64,000 nt of DNA from Antedon mediterranea (Eukaryota; Animalia; Echinodermata), in contig NC_092671.1 in NCBI RefSeq assembly GCF_964355755.1, positions 33,862,304 to 33,926,303 of the forward strand. Reading direction: 5' to 3'. The notes under the pieces are model-generated. The model had not been told where the DNA came from and searched no databases. It saw only the letters and a program-made list of their open reading frames with translations. Shown in pieces: positions 1 to 12,127 of this stretch (the stretch's first letter is position 1; each line of letters opens with the position of its first letter). The position numbers were made by a program, and so were the translations under genes.

Positions 1-34
1 AATTATCTCGCTACTCAACCCCACCCCAAATACA

Positions 35-391
35 TCTAATAAACGCCCATCCACAATATTATATTTATAACACAATTATACTATTTTTAGTAGATTTCTT
101 CGGACGGTTATCTACAATTTACCAAGCATTTGTTATTCTTTTTTACCACTGTTCATATCTACAATAAACACTTATACGCCTAAAACGCTATTAATCATCT
201 AAGACACTTAGGTTAGTGAGTACGTTTAGTTTTACGAATATCAAAAGCATTTAAATAATGGTAACCGACCGAAATTGTCCAGGCCAGAATGTCCTTCTAA
301 AACTGTTTACGTCCCGAGTCATTATCATTCCGAGAACCATCGTCTACACTTCCTAGAGGGGAAGCGAGCGAAGCGAGCTCACACCCTCTAG
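35..391 (+). mobile_element. Short non-autonomous Helitron (copy 1)
   Basis: Starts A|TCTAATAAA at 35. Ends with the hairpin CTAGAGGG..GCGAGCGAAGCGAGC..CCCTCTAG followed by T (CTAG 388-391). No TSD. A near-identical copy lies at 5166-5522. Confidence 0.7.
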
Positions 392-957
392 TACACTATA
401 ATTACTCTATTAACAAATATTGTGTATACAATTAACACAATCAAATATTATTATTGTCAGTTCTTTTTGTGTGAAAATCAAATTACCAGTTTCATACAAC
501 GTGTGGTACCAGAAAAAAAATTATTATAAATATATATAATTATATATCTATAATAATAAGAAAACTATCACAACACATCAATATTGGTTATTGAATTGAA
601 TTTATCACTGATATGTCTGTTCGGGTCAAATTCAGAGTACCATTAATTATTAACTGCCATTGTCTTGTCAAATTGCTCTGGTATTGTAAAAGACAACGAA
701 ATAATCTGTCCAGCTTTATTTATGTTTATCTATTTTGTAATTTGAATCAATAATAATTGTTTTGCGTGTTAATTTACAGGCATAGAAAAAAACTCTACAG
801 AGATTTAAATTAAAATTCTTTATTACAAGGTAAGCATTGTTGAATTGACATAAGTGATATGTACTAGATATTATTAATTAACTGTTATACATTCAAATTA
901 ATAAAATAATAACAGGCTATATGTTATGTTAACAACAGTCTGTAATGAACTGCTTGT

Positions 958-1402
958 TGTAATAAATTACCATTCCCTAACATATAGAGTAACATAGTAT
1001 TTACATGAACATTCTAGAATTAGATGTTTTGATTTAAGAAACCATGTATAATTAATAAGAACAATCAAGAACATTCCAGAAGTGCTATTAATAGAAACTG
1101 TAATCATGTAATAATGAGAAGTATAAAGAATGATCTAGAAGGATAGGAGCATCTTGTATATAAGGGATGTAAACTATTGTAAGGTTGATGGATTAGAGGT
1201 TGGATATCATATTGTAAAGTCATTGTGAAGCTGTTGTTTAAAGTGCTTACTGGATTGTTAAAAGTTGAAGTTGATTGAAATTAAAGCTTTGTTTTTGAGT
1301 TATTTTACAACTTTGTGGATTGTGTGTATACTTTTATGTCACAAGGAAGTTCCTAAAGTATTTTCAACCGCTCGGAAACATACGTGAGAGGAGTTCGTGA
1401 CA
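958..1402 (+). repeat. 5' LTR
   Basis: TGTAATAAATT...TTCGTGACA, a direct repeat of 2897-3341. Confidence 0.95.
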
Positions 1403-1407
1403 TAATT

Positions 1408-1420
1408 TGGTGGCAGCGGT
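1408..1420 (+). other. Primer-binding site complementary to the tRNA-Leu 3' end
   Basis: TGGTGGCAGCGGT lies 5 nt after the 5' LTR. It is the reverse complement of ...ACCGCTGCCA-CCA, the 3' end of eukaryotic tRNA-Leu(AAG/TAG). Confidence 0.8.
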
Positions 1421-1734
1421 TATTTCGATCTACTGTTCGACTTAACTGTGTATTTATCTACGGTTGTGATATTTTGTGGTAGCAGTTTGATCTACTGTAT
1501 TTTGCCATAGATTGGTGGCTGTTTTAGCATCAACTGTACTTTATTGATATTTTGTGAAAGCGGTACTTACGATACTGTGATATTTTACGGAAGCCGCGGT
1601 GCTACGTTTTGTTTAATCGTAAGTACACAAACATTGTTTTAAGAACACTACATTATTTATTTGGAACAGTAGACTTGTGAACGTCTCGGTAACTACGATT
1701 AACTAGTAACAAGACCCTCATCCAGATTTAAAAT

Positions 1735-2823
1735 ATGGCTGATAAACAATCAACAACAAGATCCGGTAGAGAATACAGCGGCGGCGATGAATCTGATTCT
1801 GAGGTAGAATCGGTTCAGTCATTACAACCTGAACAACAGGCAGAAGAGTCTGGACCAACCAGTGGACATAACCCTACAGGGGCTTACTCATCTTCAAAAA
1901 ATGTTTGGTTGTTGATGCAGCAGAACCTTATGATGCAGCAGCAAATGCAGCAAAAACTGCAACAGCAGAATCTTATGATGCGGCAGATGATAGAACATTT
2001 TTTTGAGAAACAGTTTCAAAATAGAAAACACGAAAATCGAAACAACCAGGAGAAAACAGTGAAAGGCACTCCTGAAGTTGACACTAGAGAGGAAAACGAA
2101 TTAAATTCGGAAAAAGGTTCTGTGGTTATTTCACGTCAGTTAGATGATGTGGTTAATTTTCAAGAAGAATTTGGACATTTAGATGGCCAACTACTCAGTG
2201 ACAACCCTCCCAAGGAAAAAGTTCATAAAACCAGAACTGAAAAACAAAAAGTTAGGAAAGAGTTTGCAAAAACAAAGGAAGCTCAATCTAGCCAATATAG
2301 TGAATTAGACATTTTAGATATTGGCAGAGATAAAATTAAGGATTATCAGGTTAAGGATAGAACTTTAATTTCACTTCGAGAACAGATGTTAGTACAGAAA
2401 GATGATGACACTATAAAGATAGTCTGTAAGGATGGAATCTTATTTAGGCAGGTTTTCACTAAACACCAGACAGAACCAATAGAGCAATTAGTAGTTCCAT
2501 ATCCTTGCCGTAATAGTGTATTGAAAGTCTCACATGATATTCCTTTGGCAGGTCATTTAGGTAGGGAAAAGACATTAGATAGGATAAAGCAAAAATTCTT
2601 TTGGCCTGGTATTAGAAAGGATGTGACTGAATATTGCAACACTTGTGAGATTTGTCAGAAAACTTCAAAGTATAAAACTAAATTGAAGGCCCAGTTGCCA
2701 ATAATTAGTGAACCATTCCGACAAATTGACATGAATATTGTTGGTTCATTATTAGTTTTCATTAATAATTATGTTGTATGTTATTATGGCGTATTTAAGT
2801 TTTATAGACTAGGAGTGGGTTAA
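1735..2823 (+). CDS. Remnant gag-pol fusion ORF: Gln-rich N-terminus, integrase H2C2 zinc-binding domain and start of the rve core; no protease, RT or RNase H
   Basis: Motif SHDIPLAGHLGREKTLDRIKQKFFWPGIRKDVTEYCNTCEICQK, then EPFRQIDMNIVG. The ORF lies between the PBS and the PPT. Confidence 0.85.
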   Translation: MADKQSTTRSGREYSGGDESDSEVESVQSLQPEQQAEESGPTSGHNPTGAYSSSKNVWLLMQQNLMMQQQMQQKLQQQNLMMRQMIEHFFEKQFQNRKHENRNNQEKTVKGTPEVDTREENELNSEKGSVVISRQLDDVVNFQEEFGHLDGQLLSDNPPKEKVHKTRTEKQKVRKEFAKTKEAQSSQYSELDILDIGRDKIKDYQVKDRTLISLREQMLVQKDDDTIKIVCKDGILFRQVFTKHQTEPIEQLVVPYPCRNSVLKVSHDIPLAGHLGREKTLDRIKQKFFWPGIRKDVTEYCNTCEICQKTSKYKTKLKAQLPIISEPFRQIDMNIVGSLLVFINNYVVCYYGVFKFYRLGVG

Positions 2824-2896
2824 ATTTTGCCACGTCCATGTATACTTGCCCCTCAAAACTCCAAGAAAGAGTTTTGAGCTCAGAAATAAGGGGGAG

Positions 2897-3341
2897 TGTA
2901 ATAAATTACCATTCCCTAACATATAGAGTAACATAGTATTTACATGAACATTCTAGAATTAGATGTTTTGATTTAAGAAACCATGTATAATTAATAAGAA
3001 CAATCAAGAACATTCCAGAAGTGCTATTAATAGAAACTGTAATCATGTAATAATGAGAAGTATAAAGAATGATCTAGAAGGATAGGAGCATCTTGTATAT
3101 AAGGGATGTAAACTATTGTAAGGTTGTTGGATTAGAGGTTGGATATCATATTGTAAAGTCATTGTGAAGCTGTTGTTTAAAGTGCTTACTGGATTGTTAA
3201 AAGTTGAAGTTGATTGAAATTAAAGCTTTGTTTTTGAGTTATTTTACAACTTTGTGGTTTGTGTGTATACTTTTATGTCACAAGGGAGTTCCTAAAGTAT
3301 TTTCAACCGCTCGGAAACATACGTGAGAGGAGTTCGTGACA
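2897..3341 (+). repeat. 3' LTR
   Basis: Direct repeat of 958-1402, preceded by the PPT. Confidence 0.95.
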
Positions 3342-3456
3342 CTTGTATACATTATGTATTAAATTGATATGCTATTATTAACTTTCTGTAGCTGCGATAT
3401 TATATTTTTTACTTCTCTTAATTACTAAGCTAATTGGTTGATGGAAATGTAGTTAT

Positions 3457-5165
3457 TTAACTATTTTTATTTGTAAATATACAGTAAAATAATTATTCTC
3501 TGTGAAAATTAATAATACTGTATAACAGAACAGTTTCTATTTTCAATTAACATTTAGCCTACTGTAAAAACACAATCAATTTCTCTTTAATTCTACACAT
3601 ATCCACTATTAATTTTAATTATTAAAATTAATTCCCTAACTGTTTGGAATTTACATTTTCGCTGTTTTCTACGGACAATGGAGATCTATCTAATTGTTTT
3701 CTGTTAGTTTACAGAGAATGTTTTACAGATTAGTTACGGCAATTAATTAATGTTTTGCTGTAAACCAGAACTTTCTGTTTTTTTTTACAGAATACCGTAA
3801 ATTAAATATATTTATAAATTTACAGTAGGCCTAAATCATTCTTTGTGAAACAAAAAATCTCTATTTTTAATTAACTATTTAAATTCATTTTTATTGAAAT
3901 AAATAATATTTTCTTGAAAAAAAAAAATTAAACTAACCATCATTTTTTTTTGACACATTGTTTCAATTAATTCATGGGAACATCGGGAAGAATATGTTTT
4001 CCCTCTTCATGATCATTCAAACGAAAATCTTCTAGAATCTTCTTCTATTGATTCGCGCGCGAATTGGAGGAAAGAGTCAAAGACAGGAAAGAGGAATCAC
4101 ATGGCTGGCTGATGCTGGAGATCTGAGTGATCATCTGACCCAGAAGGAGCTACTGTAATATAAGGTCGAACTAACAAGCTTTTTCATTTGAACTTTTGAA
4201 GGTTGATGAATGTGTAGGCCTACTTATTTGCATCTATATTCACTGCGTTGAGATTAGGTAGCCTAAAAACGGAAGGTCTAGGCCAATATAGGCCTGGCCC
4301 TAGGCTAGTGTAATTAGTATTAGGCATTTATGTAGGCCCTCTATAGCTAGACTTGATAACATATTAGTACTAACTATATTGCCTAGCTAATTGTTTGTCT
4401 AACCTAAGCTGAAATAAAAATACATAGGCCTAAACAAAATTGTAAAATAATGAAACATTATTCTTATTAAATAGCAATAATATAATAAGAAGTAAACAGT
4501 AAATAATCATATTACAGTATTGCAAATTGTATATAGAAAGTTGTATTACATTGTCGCCAAACCAATGCATTTATTTATTATACTAAACATTAAACAGGTA
4601 ATATTGCATATTGGATTTTTATTCTTCATTGCAATGCTTGCCTGTTCACTTTGTCACTATTCAACGTACTCAATCAAATCATATTCCAAGCATTATAGAA
4701 TTCATAGAAATGTACATAATTTCAACTTTCCCTGTGGTGTTCCAAACTGTTTTAAAACATTTTCTACTTACTCTGCATTTAACAGTCACATTAGTCGGAA
4801 TCATAAACAGTATCGAGTGGAAAATTCAGTGGTTATCTTCAGATATAGGCCTACCTATAAAATGCAATGTTGGTATATGTGAACAGTATTGTAGTGATAT
4901 GTCCTCTTTGATTAAACACATGAAAAACCACATTGATTTTGGCACTCGGGTAAGTTGTCCCTATAGTTCATGCACAAAATCATTTAATAATAAATTATCG
5001 TTCAAGTCTCATGTATCTCGATACCATAGCTCGACTTTTAACCTTATAGAAAACTCGTACACCAACCGGAACATCGATATATTCTCCACCTCACCCATTT
5101 CCTTTTTCTTCGTGATTTAAAAAAATAGTCCATCAAAAAAGTTATATATTTATATTTACATACCA
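3457..5165 (+). mobile_element. Internal fragment of a CACTA/EnSpm-like DNA transposon (duplicate of ~14092-15742)
   Basis: Nearly identical to 14092-15742. Contains TTTACAG/CTGTAA subterminal-type motifs and a C2H2 zinc-finger ORF. Confidence 0.7.
4634..5120 (+). pseudogene. Frameshifted tandem C2H2 zinc-finger ORF (4 fingers), transposon-borne
   Basis: Frame 1 reads MLACSLC...HYRIH and CGVPNC...HISRNH. After a frameshift near 4830 it reads CNVGIC...HMKNH and CPYSSC...HVSRYH. Confidence 0.7.
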
Positions 5166-5522
5166 TCTATAATAAACGCCCATCCACAATATTATATTTA
5201 TAACACAATTATTCTATTTTTAGTAGATTTCTTCGGACGGTTATCTACAATTTACCAAGCATTTGTTATTCTTTTTTACCACTTTTCATATCTACAATAA
5301 ACACTTATACGCCTAAAACGCTATTAATCATCTAAGACACTTAGGTTAGTGAGTACGTTTAGTTTTACGAATATCAAAAGCATTTAAATAATGGTAACCG
5401 ACCGAAATTTTCCAGGCCAGAATGTCCTTCTAAAACTGTTTACGTCCCGAGTCATTATCATTCCGAGAACCATCGTCTACACTTCCTAGAGGGGAAGCGA
5501 GCGAAGCGAGCTCACCCTCTAG
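5166..5522 (+). mobile_element. Short non-autonomous Helitron (copy 2)
   Basis: A|TCTATAATAAA start, GC-rich hairpin, CTAG|T end at 5519-5522. Confidence 0.72.
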
Positions 5523-6196
5523 TACACTATAATTACTCTATTAACAAATATTTTGTATACAATTAACACAATCAAATATTATTATTGTCAGTTCTTTTTG
5601 TGTGAAAATCAAATTACCAGTTTCATACAACGTGTGGTACCAGAAAAAAAATTATTATAAATATATATAATTATATATCTATAATAATAAGAAAACTATC
5701 ACAGCACATCAATATTGGTTATTGAATTGAATTTATCACTGATATGTCTGTTCGGGTCAAATTCAGAGTACCATTAATTATTAACTGCCATTGTCTTGTC
5801 AAATTGCTCTGGTATTGTAAAAGACAACGAAATAATCTGTCCAGCTTTATTTATGTTTATCTATTTTGTAATTTGAATCAATATTGTTTTGCGTGTTAAT
5901 TCACAGGCATAGAAAAAAACTCTACAGAGATTTAAATTAAAATTCTTTATTACAAGGTAAGCATTGTTGAATTGACATAAGTGATATGTACTAGATATTA
6001 TTAATTAACTGTTATACATTCAAATTAATAAAATAATAACAGGCTATATGTTATGTTAACAACAGTCTGTTATGAACTGCTTGTATACATTATGTATTAA
6101 ATTGATATGCTATTATTAACTTTCTGTAGCTGCGATATTATATTTTTTACTTCTCTTAATTACTAAGCTAATTGGTTGATGGAAATGTAGTTATTT
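5170..6196 (+). repeat. Local duplication of 37-957 plus 3347-3458, carrying the empty LTR insertion site
   Basis: Near-identical sequence with a single CTTGT at 6080-6084 where the first copy holds the LTR element. Confidence 0.9.
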
Positions 6197-6837
6197 TCCC
6201 TTATAGAGTGGTTATTAATGAACAGCTTTTAAAATTAGACAAGGGTCTACTTGTAGTGACATTAAACTAATTATAATAAAATGTAAACGGAGTTTTCTAT
6301 ATTCCACAATACCAAAATTTAAAAGAATTAAATGTATTATTATTTAAAGAAATATGCGACCAAATCGTTGTAGTAAATGTGATAATTGCAGAGAGAGGCT
6401 GGATGAGATGTTGCTACGACGAGAATAGAAATGTGACTAGGAATCTGAGTCGATGACTTATCTCCTTATGTTTCAATGAAAGCCTACTCTCCGAAATCAC
6501 CTAAAAATAAAATTGAAATACTAAGTTTAATACCGTACAATTCATACATTTTACTGAGGGGTTATTTCGATTCGATTCATATGCAGACCAGATAGGTAAA
6601 ATAAAAAATGAATCAGGTAAAAATGGCAAAATAAATTAACTGAGTTATTTATGTATATTGCTCTGCTCTGCGATCTCCTATTTTCCGTCTGCTTCTGGTT
6701 ATGGTTTAATTATATTTATCTACATAGACATAGGATCAACTGGCTTGTTACAAATTTCTCTTTAGGCAGAGAAAATGTATACAGCAGTTAAGAGCAGGAC
6801 TTTATTTGATACTGAACCATGTTGATGCTTCCCTTAA

Positions 6838-7854
6838 AATGGACCTGAAATGGAATTTCGATTTTCAAGAAATTCACACATGTTATTTAAATGTATCAAA
6901 TTAACACAAACCCATACAAATAAAAACAAAATGTATAGTATTTTGAGTAAAAACGAAATTTTAAGATACCATGGTAAATTAGCGAAAATTACTCACGCTA
7001 TTGCAATATTCTATTTTAACGGCCGTCGGAAGCCTCTATATTCACGACGTCACATATACACACGATGATATCGAGAGCGTGTATGCCGCCCGATAGTCAG
7101 TGAATGATCGACGGCCTGGAAAGATACGCAAAGCGTTGACACTAATACTAATGTTGTTGAAATATAGGTCCCTAAAATGTACTTCGTTTGTTCTAAAACC
7201 CGAATTTAGAAGGCCTACCTCCCAAACTTTTACTAGGCCTAGGCCCCCAATCCAGCACGCGGAGTCGATCCACCACCCACATCATGCGGCGAGGCTCCGT
7301 TAAAGCAATATCAACAACTTGCTTCGCTCATTGTCAAGCCAAAGTAAAATATGAATAAAATTCGTTTTCGAACTGCCTGATTCGTGACAAATAAATTATC
7401 ATCTCATATTACTAATTTAATTCTGCTAAACTAAAAACTAAAGAAACTAACACATTTTAGCAGTATAAATTACGAACGATATACAAAATACACGAACGGA
7501 AAATATGGATACGCATCATTGCGCACGGAGCTGTATCCCGGACAACGTTGCCAGGCTAACTTCGGTATTGCCAGAAAAAAACCGTTGATTTTAAGATTTT
7601 AAATCGTCATTTACTCGATGAATAACCGTTTATACGGTAATAATTTTATCTAAAAAAACTGCAAATTTTCCATTGGAGGGATAGGAATATATTCGCAAAG
7701 TGACGTCACCCGCGAATTTTTTTGATTTTCAAATGGGGCTTTCCCCAAAAGGGCCAATTTATATTTTGTAACAATATACATTCTAGCAACACCTAATAGC
7801 CCACAAAACATCATTCTAAAATGAAAAAAATCGAAAATCCATTTCAGGTCCATT
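6838..7854. mobile_element. Non-autonomous TIR DNA transposon with TTAA TSD (Kolobok-like)
   Basis: TTAA|AATGGACCTGAAATGGA ... TCCATTTCAGGTCCATT|TTAA. Confidence 0.85.
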
Positions 7855-7921
7855 TTAAGAACATGTGTAGAAGCTGATATATAAATTATAATAGTATATT
7901 ATTCTCATGACTTACTTTAGT

Positions 7922-10900
7922 TTATCTTCCCGTAGGAGGTCCTGAAACAAAATGGGAATGAACAATTATGAACTGGTGTTTTTTACACATTTAAAATCTC
8001 ACAAGTTCGATGACGGTATAGCAGTTGAATAGCTAATATAATTATACTCTACTGTAGGTCTACGATTATACATGCAAAATAATAACAATTTTAAAAATTA
8101 CAGGGTCTTTACACGATCTTTTCTCTCCATCAAGTTAAAACACAGTATATCGAATGGTACGCTTAAGACTTTGGAGTCTTTAAGAGTTTGGCTTAAGCTG
8201 TAAATGCAATCTACAAATGCAAATTCCAGGTACGATGTTTCTTATATTAATGGATGTAAAAGTCTTTTACGTGTTAAACGTACGGCGGGATCACTATTTT
8301 ACATTTTATACAGACATGATGGTCATTTTTGGTCAAGCAACATTTAAAATCCTGTAGCCTACATTAAGAAACATGAAGTAATTGGTAAATATCATAAAAT
8401 ATGCATTCATTGCTGGATTTAGGATGAGGGGGGGGGGGGTATGACGTATGTAGGTATCGTAAAAAACGCCGAGGCATTCGCGTAGGCCTTATAGTGAGTG
8501 GGTTTAACAACGCCTCTAGTTCACATGCAACATCATTAGTTCCGCAAGGCTTACGCAATACCATACCGTACGTGAACATACCCTATAATTGATAGAAAAT
8601 TAAAGCTAATGAACAATTTCTCATTCTTTATCCTTATGATTTCTAATATTGATACCATTAGTTTCAAAATATTGATTTTTTTAACAATGATGTATGCTAT
8701 TCGATTGGATGAATAATATTGTCTTCAATTAGGCCTATAACCAAAAATAATTGATTTATAAAATAATAGTAGGCATAAATAATATGAAATCTCGTTTGTC
8801 CGATTGATGCATTCTTCTCGTGCATGTGAACATATCATAGATGATAACAGAAAATTAAAGTAAATGGACAATTTGTCATTGTTTATCCTTATGATTCCTA
8901 ATTTTGATATCATTAGTTTCAAAATATTGATTTTTTGAACGATGATGTGTATAAGCTATTCGGTTGGATGAATCATATTTTTCTTCAATTTTAATCATAA
9001 ATAATTGTTTTATAAAATAATTATAATAGTAGGCATATATGCATGTATATTATTACTGTATCTGTGACTTACTTTGAGCAGCGTTTAATCCAGAAGGAGG
9101 TACTGAAAAAAAAAACAGACGTAACAATTATTGATATAGTTATGTTATATTAGCAAAAGTTAGGCTGATGTTTGAAATCTCGTTTGTGGGATAGATGACT
9201 TTCTTTAGTTACTCACTTTCTACTCGACGGATTCTATCCTGACCTGAAATGAAATGAAAATCAGTGTATCAAAACCCACATACAATGTTTTGACATATAA
9301 AAAGATGTTGATGCTGATTTAAACTTTTTTTCCCTAAAACATATAAAATTAAAATTATAAAAATCAGACTTTAAATAGGCCATTGTGTAGTTAAGTTAAT
9401 CATATCCAAAGAAAAACAACTGGAAAATGTAATTGTAAAAAGACAAAATATAGTTTAAATTCAACCCGAAACCCACTTACATTATATTGTATTCAACAAC
9501 AAAAAAATAAAAAATATTATATTGTTCTGTGGAACAATATTTCTTCAATTTTATATCATTTGTATTTAAAGCAGAAGAAAACAATAAGAACTTTTAATTG
9601 TATATTTATTTCAACACATGTAAGTTCGAAATATCTATATCAAGTACTCACCTTCATCTCGACGGACTCTTTTATGATCTGAAACACATTATTTTAAAAA
9701 AATAATAACTGGTTGTATCAGAAGCGCATATGAATTAATGGAAACAAGTTACTTTCAAATCGAAGCTATTGTGATTGTTTGGGGATGGATGAAGGTGATG
9801 AGGTAGGTTATTTGTTGCTCCGGTAAAATTATACTTGGAGTTTAGTTCTATATAATTTATGTTGAATAAGAAGGGTATATTGTAGTTAACATAGGGTCTT
9901 AGTGATACATGTTTTAGGCCAACTGGTAGCTGAGACTCTAATATTTGGTCGGTCCTATTCTTTGCCTTTTTTTGTATTACATTAATGACTACATTACTTT
10001 GAAAATAAAAGAATTAGATATCACATGATTTGCATAGTATTGATATTTCTGACATAGCTTCAACGGAAATGTAGGCAATTACAAATAGGCTTTTATTGCC
10101 AATGTTTGATTATTAAAAAAACGTAGGTCACACATATCATGTACATATTTTAGTATTTAGGCTTATTATCTTTTAAATTGAATTCAACGTGAAATTATCG
10201 AAAATACATGAACATTTGGTAATATGAATGTACCGGTATGCATTGTAACTTACTTTCACCGTTTAATCCACTAGGGGGTGCTGAAACAAAGATCAGACAA
10301 AAATCATGAACACTTTAAAATATTATTCTTTTGAGTATCGAATTACTTTGGAGTGTTATGATGGGGGCTTTACGTTATATATTGACTAATATTGTCTCCA
10401 TCACAGTGAGATTGTTGGAAATGTTTACTTTTGTTAGACAAAGTATAGTGTTTATGGCTGTGACGTCGTCTTTCTCTCAAATTTCAGGCCTATCAATTAT
10501 TAAAAACTGTGTACATGTTTTTGTAACTTACCTCCAGCGTTTAATCCATGAGGAGGTCCTGAAACAAAGAAAAAAAATATGATTGTTTAAATTGAGTAGA
10601 AAAACTTGACCGAAAACCATATTTTAACAACGTATCAGGAATATAAATATAATTTCAGAACAATCGCGAGATTGACGATATCGCCGCGCAGCCATCCACG
10701 TAAGTTGCTGTGACGTCACAAGTAAATGGCAAAATCTGCCTCATGAATTTTCACTGTTGTTAACATACAAGAGAAAGGTACCGTCACTTCAATTGCTAAT
10801 TTCAATTGCCTAAATTTGCCAAAATGTTTAGTCTGGTATTTTGAAGAAACACTTCAATATCCAGATTAGGCAAATGTAACAACAAAAACATTCAACATTT

Positions 10901-12085
10901 ATATTTTTTTACGATTTATTTAAAAAGTGTGTTTACTAGAAATGTTTGCGCTTTGCGAGACAATAAATCGAACTTTTTAATGTACGTGTGCAGGCGCGGG
11001 CAATTGCTGTTTGCCGCAAGTACATCTTTACAAATCGATTAAATTGGAAAAATATATAATGAAAAACTTGAAAGTATTATGTTGGTCCTATACTTTGATG
11101 CTTTGATGGAGTGAGGTATGACTGTATTCTATTTTGTATCACACGTGACTTTAACACAATATCGTGACTCTTTATATATGGCTCTATAACTTGCGGTGAC
11201 GCGCGGACAAAACGGGCAGGTGATTTAATCGTGGACCTATATCTATATACATATGATGTTTTCACAAAACAATAGAAAACGATAGCAATTCAATTGGATA
11301 AACACACCTTTTAAGTTTTGATTATCCAATAGCTTAAGTTATTTATTTTTAATAGTGGTGTTAAAACACCACTATGGTTTTTCTTGGAACTTATCTAACC
11401 CGTAAGAAATGTCACGTAATACGAAAACCAACGATTAAAATAACAAGGATATACGTGTTATAAAATAAACTTGTTAATATAGTAGTTTCAGTATTGTATT
11501 TTCTTGTTTGTCATTATTAATTTATGTTCTACAAATTAAAAACTTCTATCGTTGAATAATATACATTTAAGCATATATAGTACATGATAAAACAATGACT
11601 TACTTCCCATTGCCGAGTCAGCATGAAACAAAAATACTATAACAAATATAACTACCAACGATTGCATGCTGTAAAATAACATGTATAGTGTTAAACATTG
11701 TCAAAAAAAAAAGATATGGAATGAATTGAATATGCAAAATGTATGTAAAATAAACAATAATGCATTGCAAAATCAAATTTAGCTTTCCAATGTTGCGAAA
11801 AGGGATTTTCTTCTGGGAGGCTAAGCTGTCAGGGTATAGGCCTAATTGTACTGTCTCGTTGAACAATAAAAACTCTCGCTTCAGATTTAGAAAAGCATTC
11901 AAATAATTTTAAAGTCTTACACTAAAAAAAAACCAAGAAATTAAACATTAAAAACTGTTGGAAATCTCCTTAGATTAGTGTGATACAATACATGAATGTA
12001 TACAACGTGAGTTGAAAGAAATTATATTTTTTTGGAAAATTTAATATTTTCAACATTATAATAACAATAACACTAACAATAATAC

Positions 12086-12127
<42 letters not shown>

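Larger units (their letters stand above)
958..3341 (+). mobile_element. Non-autonomous, internally deleted Ty3/Gypsy-type LTR retrotransposon
   Basis: 445-bp LTRs (958-1402 and 2897-3341, TG...CA) with only ~3 mismatches seen. 5-bp TSD CTTGT at 953-957 and 3342-3346. PBS at 1408-1420. Polypurine tract AAATAAGGGGGAG at 2884-2896. Confidence 0.95.

Noticed and set aside
4520-5120. Host C2H2 zinc-finger transcription factor gene
   Set aside because: It is frameshifted, intronless, truncated and duplicated within a CACTA-like repeat, so I treated it as transposon-derived.
9073-10558. Resemblance of RRVEIPPSGLN to plant CLE/IDA peptides
   Set aside because: Only a few Pro/Ser/Gly residues match and the context is animal, so it is most likely coincidental.
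11618-11902. 94-aa minus-strand ORF as a gene
   Set aside because: It overlaps the signal-peptide exon (11668-11604) in a different frame, and the rest looks like intron.
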